A stretch of 64,000 bases of DNA from Candidatus Latescibacterota bacterium (GCA_965116885.1 OZ220741.1:5024001-5088000), one strand, 5' to 3'. Shown: positions 1 through 10,812, counted from the first letter of the stretch. The notes: a model not told the origin generated them from the letters alone. Translations and numbers: made by a program.

Positions 1-679
1 AACACAAACAGGTCGTGCGACTGGGTTGTGTCTTTTCTTCCGAAATGCGCTGAAGCAGACGCAGAAGGGTGAGACTCCCGCCCCGGTTGTCAAATAGCCA
101 CGCTGAAACGAGGGGATCGTCGGGTGGCCCAAAAAAATGAGGACCGCGCACACCTGCCACTGGTACAGCAGTTGACCCAGCGCGCACACCTGCGCGGGAG
201 AGTTGGTCGGGTGTCAAGCCAGTAAGCAAATGGCAGTAGGGCCAGGTAATGCCGCTTTGCCCCGTTGCAAATTGCGTGTTGGGATCCGATGGATCAGTCG
301 TATGCGTAGAACCAAAACAGAGATGCGCCGCAACTCTCTCCACACCATCTGTAAGGATTTCAACAGGACATTCACCGAGTTTCCAGGGATGCAACCCACC
401 GCTCGGGCGCACCTGCAAGGTACCATCGGCATTAATCGCGGTAATCACCATGGCGAGTTCGTCCATATGACTGGCAAGCGCGATATGCCCCAGATCGGGA
501 TTTTGTCCGGGAACTTCCACCCAAACATTGCCCTGCTGGTCTCGTTTCGGTGCATGCCCCAAATCGGCAATGCGATCCATAATAACCCGGGCCATTAGTT
601 CTTCGCGGCCCGATGGCGCGGGAACGCGCAAAAGGTCTGATAGCAGAAGTATATTGGGATCATCTTGAGGATAAGACAT
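1..679 (-). CDS. M42 family metallopeptidase (FrvX/TET-like), 3' end runs off the window
   Basis: Not in ORF track (no stop in window). My translation from ATG 679: MSYPQDDPNILLLSDLLRVPAPSGREE...DQQGNVWV...ALASHMDELAMVI...SAWLFDNRGG; contains the PSGxE, DxxGN, HMDE and DNR M42 motifs; AAAGGTG upstream. Confidence 0.8.
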   Translation of the reverse strand, partial: MSYPQDDPNILLLSDLLRVPAPSGREELMARVIMDRIADLGHAPKRDQQGNVWVEVPGQNPDLGHIALASHMDELAMVITAINADGTLQVRPSGGLHPWKLGECPVEILTDGVERVAAHLCFGSTHTTDPSDPNTQFATGQSGITWPYCHLLTGLTPDQLSRAGVRAGSTAVPVAGVRGPHFFGPPDDPLVSAWLFDNRGGSLTLLRLLQRISEEKTQPSRTTCLC

Positions 680-825
680 AAAGTGGCACCTTTTCGTTTC
701 GTGATTATTATCGACCCCTAAGAATACGCTGACGCGTATGATTTATCAAGCTATTTCAAAATTCCTGAAGCCTTTTAGTGATTTACCCGTCCAATGATTT
801 GACGTAAAATCTTACACGCTTCCAT

Positions 826-3800
826 GTGAGAAAAATGATGGACCGCCAATCTTCTCTAATACCGCGCATCTCAGTAAATCGCCCCGTCACGGTGGCGATG
901 TGTCTGGTCGCGTTATTACTGGTGGGTATTATGGCCTATTTTCGCGTACCGGTGAAATTTTTTCCCTCTGGATTTACACCGGCCTTTTTGTATGTGGATA
1001 TTGAATACAATCACCGCAACGCCTCGCCCCAGGAAGCCGAACAACAAATCGCCCGCCCGCTGGAAGAGCAGTTGCGCGCCGTAAAAGGCATAAAGAAAAT
1101 TCGCACGTACAGCGCGTCTTATGGCGTGGATGCGCCCATTGAGTTTCAGCCAGATACAGACATGGTCCTGGCTTATAATCAGGTGATCGATCGCCTCGAG
1201 CGTCTCAAATTAGAATTGCCCGAGGAAGTGCGCGATCAAGTCTATGTGTATAAGTTTAATGTAGATAGCTGGTCAATTATGTGGGCGGGCGTCTCTCTGG
1301 ATCCATCGGTTGTCGATCCCTATCAGTTCTTAAACCTGCATGTAAAACGGCGTTTGGAGCGGGTCGAGGGCGTGGGCAGAGTCAACTTTTGGGGCGTGGA
1401 TGAAAAAGAAGTCATGATTGAACTCAGCCACGAGCGATTGATGACCCGGGGAGTGGATTTGGGAACGGTGGTGCAATCGCTGCGATCGGACAACTTCGCG
1501 CTTTCGGTCGGGCATGTACGCGAAGGCGGCAAACGGTTTTTTGTGCGCTCACTCGCCAAATATCAAAGTATAGATGAAATCAAAAATATTCTCATCCGCA
1601 CGCCACGGGGTGAAGTCCGCCTTGGAGATATATCAGACATAGTTTACGATATTCCCGGACGGTCCTGGTTTCAGCGCATTGATGGGCGAGAAGCCGTATC
1701 GATCGCGATTTATCAAGAATCGGGCGCCAATATTGTAGAAGTATGCGAGCGCGTGGTGGCGGCTTTTCAGGAGATTGAAAACGATCCGTTAATAGAAAAA
1801 AAGATCGCTTTCAATGTGTTTTTTAATCAGGGAGAATACATCAACGATTCGATTCGCAATTTGGAAACCACAGGGCTTTGGGGTGGGTTGTTTGCCGCGA
1901 TGGTCTTGCTATTCTTTTTGCGAACAGTGCGGATGACGGCAATTATCACCCTATCTATTCCCCTTTGCGTGATGATTACGATTACGGCACTTTATTTTCT
2001 CGGCTGGTCGCTCAATGTCCTGACCATGATGGGACTGATGGTAGGCGTGGGGATGGTGGTCGATAATGCCATTGTGATCCTGGAAAACATCTATCGCATG
2101 CGCGGCAAAGGGCTACCCACCAAAGAAGCGGCCATCTCAGGTGCCGGAGAAGTCGGGTTGGCGATCACCATGGCGACTCTGACAACCGTTGTCGTATTTT
2201 TGCCGCTGATGTTAATGAGCGGCAGTGTAGAATTGACCTTTTTTCTCGCGCGCATTGGTGTGCCAGTTGTGGTCGCCCTTGTTGGATCGCTATTTGTAGC
2301 CCTCATTTTTATTCCACAGGCAGCATTGCGCTTTGGCAGTTCCCAGGTCAAATCCGACCCCGCTATCATTCAGCGCACGCGCCATTATTACGCGCGCATG
2401 CTGAACTGGACACTCACCCACCGGCGCGATGCATTTTTGATCGCTCTCGCCTTGCTCGGAAGCATCAGCTATCCGATGAACGAACTCAAACGCGGCGATT
2501 CGGACGGCAGCATGCTCAACGATTTTCGCATCGAGTTTAATTTTCCAAAGGATTTTGGCATTCGAGATGCCAGCGACACAATCGCAGAAGTCGAGGATTT
2601 TTTAGATGCCCGCCGCGAGAAATACGGGATTGAAACCATGCGCGTGTGGTTCAGATCTACGTATGGCTCTATTCACGTCTTTCTAAAAAAGACCAATGAA
2701 GCCTGGTGGCAGACAACCTATAAATCCGTACGCGCATTGATCGGTATTCCCATACAACAGCACTTACCGCGCAACGCTGTGATCGAAGACCTGAAAAAGC
2801 ACGCCCCCAAATTTGTAGGTGTCAAAGTGGCCGTACAGGGGCAAAGCAGGAGCGGTAGTGAAGGCGGCGATTCTTCTGTGTCTCTGGCTCTCTATGGGGA
2901 TGATGTCGATGTACTCGCGGATCTGGTGCAAGAGGTTGACCGACGGCTAAAAGAAATACCCTCGGTCATAAGCGTAGATTCAGACCTGGAACGTGCCAAT
3001 GATGAGGTACAGGTCATTATCGACCGGGAACGCGCACAAAAATTAGGACTCGTAGCTCGAGATGTGGGACGCAGCATTGGTTTCGCGCTTCAGGGCGTAC
3101 AATTGCCCTATCTCCAGTCTGACAACCACGAAATCAGGGTGCGATTGTATTTGGAAAAATTGAATCAGCAAACACTGCAACGCCTGAAGCGTTTGACTTT
3201 TCCGTCTGAAACGGGCACACAGGTTTCATTGCTGGACTTTGCCACCCTGCGCGTAGATCAAGGACGCGGCACCATCAGACGAGAAGATGGCAAAACGCGG
3301 TTACGGGTGCGGGCTTTTACGACCAAAGAAGATGTCAAAGAACTATATGGAGAAATTGACCGCGCAATGGAAGGATTTGAAATGCCGCGCGGCTATAGCT
3401 GGGACAAAGGGGAAAGATATTCCAAGCTGCAAGAAGAAGATTATACCATGTATTTCGCCGCGATTATGGCCGTGACCTGCGTATTCCTTTTAATGGGCGT
3501 TTTGTTCGAATCTTTTATACTGCCATTTTCTGTTTTGTTTTCCATCCCCTTTGCCTTTCTGGGAGTCTATTGGACGCTGTTTGCGACCCAAACACCTATG
3601 GCTGGATTGGCTATGGTGGGCATCATTGTGCTCATCGGTGTGGTCGTCAACAACGCGATTGTACTGGTCGATATGGTAAATCGCCTGCGCGCAGAGGGCA
3701 TGCATCGAACCGCCGCGATCATGGAGGCCGGCGCAAATCGCTTCCGCCCCATTATGATGACGACATTTACAACCGTCTGCGGCCTTTTGCCAATGGCTCT

Positions 3801-4011
3801 GGGAAGCAGTAAAGTTTTGGGACAACCCTATGCACCTATGGGCTTTACCATGATAGGCGGCCTGCTTTCTTCGACCCTGCTCACCCTGCTACTTGTACCC
3901 TTATTTTACACATTTTTGGATGACCTTCGCTCAGCCCTCAAAAGGTTGACAAACAGCGCCTTCAACGCACTGAAAGTTGGCGACACACAGGCAGCGGATA
4001 TGGCGGATTAA
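826..4011 (+). CDS. RND efflux transporter permease subunit (AcrB/AcrD/AcrF family)
   Basis: 1061 aa; N-terminal RPV motif, GMVVDNAIVILENI, GVVVNNAIVLVD, RFRPIMMTT; two large periplasmic loops. True start may be ATG 835/838. Confidence 0.93.
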   Translation: MRKMMDRQSSLIPRISVNRPVTVAMCLVALLLVGIMAYFRVPVKFFPSGFTPAFLYVDIEYNHRNASPQEAEQQIARPLEEQLRAVKGIKKIRTYSASYGVDAPIEFQPDTDMVLAYNQVIDRLERLKLELPEEVRDQVYVYKFNVDSWSIMWAGVSLDPSVVDPYQFLNLHVKRRLERVEGVGRVNFWGVDEKEVMIELSHERLMTRGVDLGTVVQSLRSDNFALSVGHVREGGKRFFVRSLAKYQSIDEIKNILIRTPRGEVRLGDISDIVYDIPGRSWFQRIDGREAVSIAIYQESGANIVEVCERVVAAFQEIENDPLIEKKIAFNVFFNQGEYINDSIRNLETTGLWGGLFAAMVLLFFLRTVRMTAIITLSIPLCVMITITALYFLGWSLNVLTMMGLMVGVGMVVDNAIVILENIYRMRGKGLPTKEAAISGAGEVGLAITMATLTTVVVFLPLMLMSGSVELTFFLARIGVPVVVALVGSLFVALIFIPQAALRFGSSQVKSDPAIIQRTRHYYARMLNWTLTHRRDAFLIALALLGSISYPMNELKRGDSDGSMLNDFRIEFNFPKDFGIRDASDTIAEVEDFLDARREKYGIETMRVWFRSTYGSIHVFLKKTNEAWWQTTYKSVRALIGIPIQQHLPRNAVIEDLKKHAPKFVGVKVAVQGQSRSGSEGGDSSVSLALYGDDVDVLADLVQEVDRRLKEIPSVISVDSDLERANDEVQVIIDRERAQKLGLVARDVGRSIGFALQGVQLPYLQSDNHEIRVRLYLEKLNQQTLQRLKRLTFPSETGTQVSLLDFATLRVDQGRGTIRREDGKTRLRVRAFTTKEDVKELYGEIDRAMEGFEMPRGYSWDKGERYSKLQEEDYTMYFAAIMAVTCVFLLMGVLFESFILPFSVLFSIPFAFLGVYWTLFATQTPMAGLAMVGIIVLIGVVVNNAIVLVDMVNRLRAEGMHRTAAIMEAGANRFRPIMMTTFTTVCGLLPMALGSSKVLGQPYAPMGFTMIGGLLSSTLLTLLLVPLFYTFLDDLRSALKRLTNSAFNALKVGDTQAADMAD

Positions 4012-4017
4012 AAATGT

Positions 4018-4050
4018 AAAACGCACCCCCCTGCGTCGTGGGTGCGTTTA
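4018..4050. terminator. Probable bidirectional intrinsic terminator
   Basis: Stem AAACGCACCC...GGGTGCGTTT between convergent genes. Confidence 0.6.
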
Positions 4051-4051
4051 T

Positions 4052-5389
4052 TTATTCAATCAAACTCTGCCTACTTGGCTCATGCACCTCAGCTTCAGGC
4101 CAGTGCGTATTCAGAACATCTTTAATATTATCCTTCCGACCACGAAAAATCATGACCATATTCTCTGAGACAAAGAATTTTTCGAGAAAGGCACGCACTT
4201 CCTCATCAGTAACCGAATCATAACCTCCTTTGCGACGTGGCGGATTATGGATGGCTCGATATACTTCATTGTACAGTCTTCGCTGTGGTGTCAATTGTTC
4301 GTGGACATGGGCATAGGCGACATTGCGATTTTCTCGCAACTCTTTGATAGCCTCCCAAAAGCGAGGATTATCGGGGAGTTCGCGGAGGAAATCGGACATT
4401 TTTGCTATCAGTTCTTCGCTATTCAGCAACTGGGGATCGGCGGAGATTTCAAGAAACCTGACATATTCCTCTGTTCGATAATTGCTACCAGTACCATAGA
4501 CCAACCCCAACTCTTCTCTGAAATATTTATAGAGCAACCCCCGAACGCCAGGTCGCCCAAGCGCCCTAGATATCATTGATGGAAGATAATCTTCTTCGCC
4601 TATCATTCCACAGAGAATCAGCCAATAACATCCAACATTCTTTAGGTTTGAATCAGAGACAAAAGCCGTAGGGCCAATCTTAGAATCCATTGTTGGGGAT
4701 CCCAGGGTATGAACAAATCCACCTGTCTCTCGTTTTTCTGTAATTGGACTAAGCAACGTCGCAACCTCAGTAGAATCGAAATCTGAAATTGCCTTAAAAA
4801 ACACCACGTCTGTTTTCAAAAGCTGATCATAATATTGCCTGATATCCTCAAGCGAGAGATTTTTGAGAGCTTTTAAGGACTTGTACTTCTTTATCCCTGT
4901 TGTTTGTGAAAGGGCAAAATTTCTCATATGCGTACGGAGATTTTTCCTGAGATCGCTTTCGTAATCAGTAGCCATTAATTTTTTGACATCTTGCAAGTCT
5001 GACTCAGAAAACTCGAGATTATATATGAGATCGCGGACTATTTTTATAGATTTGCCACAGTTTTCAGACAGGCCATAAATGGATATTGTCTGATATAGGG
5101 TACTGGTAGAGATATTAAGGCGTGTACCCAATGCTTCCAGTTGATCCAGATGCCCCTGCTTTTTTGCCAACTCCCAAATCAATTTTGATACTGTTCTTGC
5201 AAGCCCAATCTGAGAAGGTGGTTCCCGATTGCTTCCCGCGCCGAGGAATACAATCTCAATACTGGTCAATGGCGCACGATTGTCATTGCGATAAAAAATA
5301 TGGTGGTTGGAAATTTCGGCATACGCGGGCAGAACGCCAACCGCGTAGCACATAGCAAAACTAACCATCAATTTCAGAAACATATTCAT
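4052..5389 (-). CDS. M16 (insulinase) family non-catalytic subunit, copy 2
   Basis: Signal peptide; lacks HxxEH; FREELGLVYG R/Y motif of the M16B partner subunit. Start adjusted to ATG 5389/5383. Confidence 0.8.
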   Translation of the reverse strand: MNMFLKLMVSFAMCYAVGVLPAYAEISNHHIFYRNDNRAPLTSIEIVFLGAGSNREPPSQIGLARTVSKLIWELAKKQGHLDQLEALGTRLNISTSTLYQTISIYGLSENCGKSIKIVRDLIYNLEFSESDLQDVKKLMATDYESDLRKNLRTHMRNFALSQTTGIKKYKSLKALKNLSLEDIRQYYDQLLKTDVVFFKAISDFDSTEVATLLSPITEKRETGGFVHTLGSPTMDSKIGPTAFVSDSNLKNVGCYWLILCGMIGEEDYLPSMISRALGRPGVRGLLYKYFREELGLVYGTGSNYRTEEYVRFLEISADPQLLNSEELIAKMSDFLRELPDNPRFWEAIKELRENRNVAYAHVHEQLTPQRRLYNEVYRAIHNPPRRKGGYDSVTDEEVRAFLEKFFVSENMVMIFRGRKDNIKDVLNTHWPEAEVHEPSRQSLIE

Positions 5390-5396
5390 CAGCCTT

Positions 5397-6866
5397 TCAA
5401 GAGAACTTCCTGTGTAATTTTTTTCCACCCCATACCAGCATAACGATAAGACCTCCCAATAGCGTTAGAAAGCCTATGCCTGTCAATGCCAATACTGGAA
5501 TTCTATATTCCGAGAGGATTCTCGGAAGAAGCTCTTGCTTTTCGGGTACCGTTAGAGAGTGGGTTATCGAATTATAGTCTCTCAAATATCGATTGATGAT
5601 GCGCGGAATGTCGTCTCTGCGAATGGATTTGAGGTCTTTTATCAGTTTGGGATATAGGAGGGGATTGTCGACAGAGGTAAATGCCCGCCCAAATGAAGAA
5701 GCCATGCTTAAGCGATTGTAAAATGCAGAATACATTGCGGTCAGCTGCTGATTTCGAGCCGTATTGAATTCTGCTTCGGAGATGGATTTTAGTTTCTCCA
5801 ACTCTGCATTAATAACGGTATGGAGCTTATTTCTGGACGTATCATGAGGTAATTCTGCATAGCAACTTATCAAGCCGAATCCTTTAAAGCTGTTAACCGA
5901 CACACTAAAAGATTTTGCAAGCCCTGAATCAACCAAAGAAGATCTCAGTGAATTTGAAGTCCTCTCTAAAATGCGCTCCAAAATGAGCAGTCCAGCATAG
6001 TCGCGATGGCCTAAATTGGGTATGTACCAGCCCTTTCTGAATCTGGTAAGACTGAGACTTTTCACGGTGCGTTTTAATCTTCTTCCAAGCACTTCATAGC
6101 TGGGATAGTGCGGAGCGGGTAATTCGAGCGACAATTCGTCTGGTATTTGCTCGTTGCCATAAGTTGCATCCAATTTGGTCAGGACATGGTCAACATCCAC
6201 ATCGCCGATCACGACAATCAATCTCTTTTGATGGCGCAGAAAATTCTCATAGTAATCTTTCAAATCAAAGGAATCGAGTTGTTTAATAAAAGCCTCAGTC
6301 CCAAGTCCGTCAAAATTTTTCTTTCCATAGATTAAACCCAAAAAAATAGTCAAAGATCTGCGGGTTACACTTGCCCGTCTGCGACTTCGTTCTGTCAGTA
6401 CAATTTTCTTTTCCTTTTCAACGACTTCTTCGTTGATCGCTGTGTCGTAATATCTATCGCGGTCTATCTCAACTGCGAGGTCAAATTTATTCTTCGGAAA
6501 TCTCATTATAAAGCGCGTGTAATGATTAGAAGTAGTGGCTTGTTTTTGTCCTCCATTCTCGATAATGATCTGGTTGAGTTTTCCATATTCATGACTTCCA
6601 GTGCCTGACATGAGATGCTCTAAGAAGTGTAGCCGTCCTTGTTCGCCTTCTTTTTCGTCTGCTGAACCAGCACTGTAGTAGGTATGATATTCAAATGTCG
6701 GGATTGTCCGATCCACGACAATAACGGCGTCGAGATTGGGATTGATGGTGTAGTGTTGTGCGACGAGTTCTTTGGACATCACCTCCGTCCCAATAAGCTC
6801 ATAAGCCGCACAAGTACTCGACAAGCCCCATACAATAAATAAAATAAGAGCATAAATTTTCTTCAT
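5397..6866 (-). CDS. M16 family zinc peptidase, catalytic subunit with C-terminal membrane anchor, copy 2
   Basis: AGSADEKEGEQGRLHFLEHLM (HxxEH), downstream EKKIVLTE; signal peptide; hydrophobic C-terminal helix followed by basic tail. Confidence 0.88.
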   Translation of the reverse strand: MKKIYALILFIVWGLSSTCAAYELIGTEVMSKELVAQHYTINPNLDAVIVVDRTIPTFEYHTYYSAGSADEKEGEQGRLHFLEHLMSGTGSHEYGKLNQIIIENGGQKQATTSNHYTRFIMRFPKNKFDLAVEIDRDRYYDTAINEEVVEKEKKIVLTERSRRRASVTRRSLTIFLGLIYGKKNFDGLGTEAFIKQLDSFDLKDYYENFLRHQKRLIVVIGDVDVDHVLTKLDATYGNEQIPDELSLELPAPHYPSYEVLGRRLKRTVKSLSLTRFRKGWYIPNLGHRDYAGLLILERILERTSNSLRSSLVDSGLAKSFSVSVNSFKGFGLISCYAELPHDTSRNKLHTVINAELEKLKSISEAEFNTARNQQLTAMYSAFYNRLSMASSFGRAFTSVDNPLLYPKLIKDLKSIRRDDIPRIINRYLRDYNSITHSLTVPEKQELLPRILSEYRIPVLALTGIGFLTLLGGLIVMLVWGGKKLHRKFS

Positions 6867-6953
6867 ATTTGCACCTCACGATAATGGTTGGAAAGGTCTG
6901 ACTGGGATTGCTGCTAACCCCTTCCATCTGTGTCAATCGGTGATTGCTTTTAT

Positions 6954-8303
6954 TTATTCGAGTAAACTCTCCACACTATGCACATGAACTTCAACCTCGG
7001 GCCAATGGGTATTCAGAACATCTATAATATGATCTTTGGGCCCTTGAAAGATCATGGCCATATTCTGCGATATAAAGAATTTTTCCAGAAATGAACGCAT
7101 CTCCGCATCGGTAATCGACTTATAACCACCTTTGCGGATTGGTATGTTGTAAATGGCTCGATATACCTCATTGTCCAGTCTTCGCTGCGGTGTCAATCGT
7201 TCATGGACATGGGCATCGGCAACATCGCGACTTTCACGCAGTTCTTTTATCCTCTCCCAAACGCGAGGGTTGTCGGGAAGCCCTCGGAGGAAATCGGACA
7301 TTTTTGCGATCAACTCTTCGATATTCTGTAGCCGGGGATCGGCGTAAATTTCGAGAAACCTGATATATTCTTCCGATTGATAATCGCTACCAGTGCCATA
7401 GACCAATCCCAACTCTTTTCTAAAATATTTATAGAGCAACCCTTGAGCACGATATCCCCCAAGAGCATCGGATATCATTGATGGGAGATAATCTTCTTCA
7501 CCTATCATCCCACAGGGAATCAACCAATAACACATAATACTCTTGCTGTTTAAATCAAAGACAAAAGCCGAAGGACCAGAAGGATGATTAATTGCTGGAT
7601 GTGCCAATGAATGCACAAACCCACCTGTCTGTCGTAGCAGGCGGTTCTCCCGTTCTTCTGTAAGCGGCCGAAGCATTTGGGCGATCTCAGTGGAATCTCG
7701 ATCTGAAAGCACCTTAAAAAACACCACTTCTGTTTTCAGAAGCCGAGCATAATATTGCCTGACATCCTTTGCAGAAAGGTTCTCCAGCATTTTTAAGAAC
7801 TTGTACTTCTTTATACCCCTTGTTTCTGCAAGTGCAAAATTTCTCATAAAACTATAAGGTCGTCTCCTAAAAGCGTTCTGATAATCAACAGCCTTTAGTT
7901 TTTTGACATCTTCCAGGTCGGACTCGGAAAACTCGAGATTATATATAACATCGCGAACTATTGCTATGGACTTGGCACAATTCTCAGACAGGGTGTAAAT
8001 GGATACGGTCAGAGATGTTTTTTTAGAAGAGACATACAAATCAGTGCCTAATACCGCCAGTTGATCTATGTACCCCTGCTTTTTTCCAGATTCCCAAATC
8101 AACTTTGAAACTGTCTGCACAAGCCCAGTCTGAGAAGGTGGTTCCTGGTTGCTTCCCGCACCGAGAAAGACAATCTCAATTTTGGTCAATGGGGCGCGTT
8201 CGTCCTGGCGATAAAAAATTTGGTGGTTAGAAATCTCTGCGGAAGCGGGCAGGACACCAACCACATAACACAGTACAATGTTACGCATCACTTGTAGAAA
8301 CAT
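6954..8303 (-). CDS. M16 family non-catalytic subunit, copy 1
   Basis: Clear paralog of 4052-5389; FRKELGLVYG; no HxxEH; start adjusted to ATG 8303. Confidence 0.8.
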   Translation of the reverse strand: MFLQVMRNIVLCYVVGVLPASAEISNHQIFYRQDERAPLTKIEIVFLGAGSNQEPPSQTGLVQTVSKLIWESGKKQGYIDQLAVLGTDLYVSSKKTSLTVSIYTLSENCAKSIAIVRDVIYNLEFSESDLEDVKKLKAVDYQNAFRRRPYSFMRNFALAETRGIKKYKFLKMLENLSAKDVRQYYARLLKTEVVFFKVLSDRDSTEIAQMLRPLTEERENRLLRQTGGFVHSLAHPAINHPSGPSAFVFDLNSKSIMCYWLIPCGMIGEEDYLPSMISDALGGYRAQGLLYKYFRKELGLVYGTGSDYQSEEYIRFLEIYADPRLQNIEELIAKMSDFLRGLPDNPRVWERIKELRESRDVADAHVHERLTPQRRLDNEVYRAIYNIPIRKGGYKSITDAEMRSFLEKFFISQNMAMIFQGPKDHIIDVLNTHWPEVEVHVHSVESLLE

Positions 8304-9777
8304 ATTCGTTCGCCTCTTGGGAGAAGCTTCCACGCCTTTTTTTAATTCTCCATACCAATAGCGCGACAAGCAGCGATACAAAACCTGCCACTACCCAGAA
8401 GATAAACGCATAGTATAACAGGGTTCTAAATGATGTTTTATCTGTGGATGGTAATGTTAGGGAAAGTGTTATGGAATTGTCATTAGTCAGGTATTGATCT
8501 ACCAGACGCGGGATATCGTCTCTGTGGGCAGATTTGAGATCATTTATCAATCTTGGATACAACAGGGGATCTTTGGTATGGGCAAATGCCCGCCCGAATT
8601 CATTGGCCATATATGAGCGGTCGTAAAATCTGGAATACATTGACTTTAAATACAAATTTTGGGCCGCAGTAAATTCATCTTCAGAGACACCATGCGTCCT
8701 AATTTCCTCCAATTCTGTTTGGATAGCGGTTTCAAGGGGATCTATGGAAGTGTCGTGTGGCAGGTCTGCCGAGAAACTCAGCAAACTAAATCCTTTAAGG
8801 TGATAAAACGACACCCTGAAAACCCTTGCGAGCTTAGAATCAATCACAGTAGATCGCAGGGAATTTGAGGCTTTGTTCAACATGCGAGCGAGAATGACCA
8901 AATTTGCATAGTCGCGATGGCCTAAATTGGGTGTGTGCCAACTCTTTCGGAATTTGGCAATACGGAGATTTTTTGAAGTATCTCTTACTCTCTTCCCGAG
9001 TATTTCAGGATTGGGAAATTGCGGAGGAGGCGATTCGCTCGATATTTCACCTGATATTTGCTCATTGCCATAAGCCTCGTCCAATTTGGTCAGAACATGG
9101 TCAACATCCACGTCGCCGACTACAACGACCAATCTCTTTTGGCGGCGCAAAAAATTCTCATGGTACGCTTTTAAACCGGCGGGTTCGAGTTGTTTAATAA
9201 AATCCTCAGTCCCAGCGCCACTAAAATCCTTCTTCCCATAGACCAAGCCCCAAAAGCGATTGGAAAAATTTCTCTGAAGATCTGACCGCCAGCGGCTTAT
9301 TTCCGTCAGTACAACTCTCTTCTCCTTTTCTACAACTTCTTCATTGATCACTGTGTCGTAATATCTATCGCGGTCTATCTCAACTGCGAGGTCAATTTTG
9401 TCCTTTGGAAATCTCATTACAAAGTATGTAGTATGATAAGAAGTAAAGGCATTTGATTGCCCCCCACTCTCGTTAATGATCTGTTTGAGTTGCCCATATT
9501 CATGGCTGCCAGTACCTGATATGATATGCTCTAAAAAGTGCAGCCTGCCTTGTTTACCCTCTTCCTCATCTACCGAGCCAGCGCTGTAGTAGGTATGGTA
9601 TTCAAAGGTCGAAATTGTGCTATCCACGACGATAACGGCGTCGAGATTGGGATTGATAGTATAATGCCGCGCGGTGAGTTTTTTGGACAACACCTCCGTC
9701 CCAACAAGCTCGTAGGCAAGACATATATCCGACAAGCCGCATACGATGAACACAATAAGTGCGTGCGTTTTCATCAT
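8281..9777 (-). CDS. M16 family zinc peptidase, catalytic subunit with C-terminal membrane anchor, copy 1
   Basis: GRLHFLEHII, SNAFTSYHTTYF, EKRVVLTE; signal peptide; C-terminal TM helix LLYYAFIFWVVAGFVSLLVALLVW followed by RIKKRR. Confidence 0.88.
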   Translation of the reverse strand: MMKTHALIVFIVCGLSDICLAYELVGTEVLSKKLTARHYTINPNLDAVIVVDSTISTFEYHTYYSAGSVDEEEGKQGRLHFLEHIISGTGSHEYGQLKQIINESGGQSNAFTSYHTTYFVMRFPKDKIDLAVEIDRDRYYDTVINEEVVEKEKRVVLTEISRWRSDLQRNFSNRFWGLVYGKKDFSGAGTEDFIKQLEPAGLKAYHENFLRRQKRLVVVVGDVDVDHVLTKLDEAYGNEQISGEISSESPPPQFPNPEILGKRVRDTSKNLRIAKFRKSWHTPNLGHRDYANLVILARMLNKASNSLRSTVIDSKLARVFRVSFYHLKGFSLLSFSADLPHDTSIDPLETAIQTELEEIRTHGVSEDEFTAAQNLYLKSMYSRFYDRSYMANEFGRAFAHTKDPLLYPRLINDLKSAHRDDIPRLVDQYLTNDNSITLSLTLPSTDKTSFRTLLYYAFIFWVVAGFVSLLVALLVWRIKKRRGSFSQEANEYVSTSDA

Positions 9778-9786
9778 GTGTAATAC

Positions 9787-10812
9787 TCACGAAAGTTCGA
9801 CATCCACCGGAGCTTTTCGCTCGATACTATCGCAAATCGCTTCGCATACCACCATCGCCTGACACGCATCTCTCAGAGTTGGCGAACCTGACTCCCCTTT
9901 TTGTACAGCCCGCGCAAAAGCCTGCATTTGTCCCCAGTACCCACCTCGTTTTTCCGCATTGTCCCGCACCGCAGGCGAATAAGACTGGGACGGAATACCG
10001 GGCGAGGGTTGGTATCCCCCTTCGGACGAGTGGGGTTCAAAATCCAACGTGTGCAAATTCACCAAACGCAAATGCGCCCGTGCATCGCCCGCCGCTTCAA
10101 TCTTACACGTCCAATTTGGGGTACAACCCGTCAGCGTAATCATCCCCGTGGCACCGCTATCAAAATGCGCGGTACAGGCAATTGCAAATCGCCCACCCTC
10201 ACCAACCGACAAATTCGCGTAAACCCGCTCGATCTCCCCACCCAAAAAACGCGCAAGATCTACCGCGTGTGTTGACTGAAAAATCATATACTGCCAGCCC
10301 GCGCGATAGTCCATATCATCCTGCCACATCGGGCTGGGCATAAAATATCGGCTCTCCAAAAAGAGCAATTTTCCAAACTCGGGCGTCGCCATCAGTTCTC
10401 GAAATTTCTGCACCCCAGGCGCGTGTCGCATATTGTGACCGATCTGCGTAATCAGCCCTCGTCCCTCAGCCATATCGGCCAACTCCCGCGCATGCGCTGT
10501 TAAACGCGCCGGTGGCTTCTCCATCATCAACGGCAACCCCGCCGCCAGCACCTGCTTGCCGCACTCAAAATGCATATCTGGCGGCCCCACAACCATCACG
10601 GCATCCAGATCTTCCTTCTCGATCATATCAGACAAATTGGTGTACCATCTTCTCGCCCCAAAAAACCGCGCATTCCGCTCTGCCAGTTCCGCTTGCAAAT
10701 CACAGCAGGCGTACAGGTCCAATTCCGGTATGGTTGCAAAATTGGGATACCACGATGCACTCGCCTGTCTCCCACAGCCAACAAACCCAACGCGAACAGG
10801 TGCGTCACTCAT
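9787..10812 (-). CDS. Gfo/Idh/MocA family oxidoreductase
   Basis: VGFVGCG Rossmann motif, MEKP, GHNMR, HAVDL. Confidence 0.9.
   Translation of the reverse strand: MSDAPVRVGFVGCGRQASASWYPNFATIPELDLYACCDLQAELAERNARFFGARRWYTNLSDMIEKEDLDAVMVVGPPDMHFECGKQVLAAGLPLMMEKPPARLTAHARELADMAEGRGLITQIGHNMRHAPGVQKFRELMATPEFGKLLFLESRYFMPSPMWQDDMDYRAGWQYMIFQSTHAVDLARFLGGEIERVYANLSVGEGGRFAIACTAHFDSGATGMITLTGCTPNWTCKIEAAGDARAHLRLVNLHTLDFEPHSSEGGYQPSPGIPSQSYSPAVRDNAEKRGGYWGQMQAFARAVQKGESGSPTLRDACQAMVVCEAICDSIERKAPVDVELS

Noticed and set aside
203..598. Plus-strand ORFs at the window start
   Set aside because: Antisense to the M42 peptidase that the ORF track missed.
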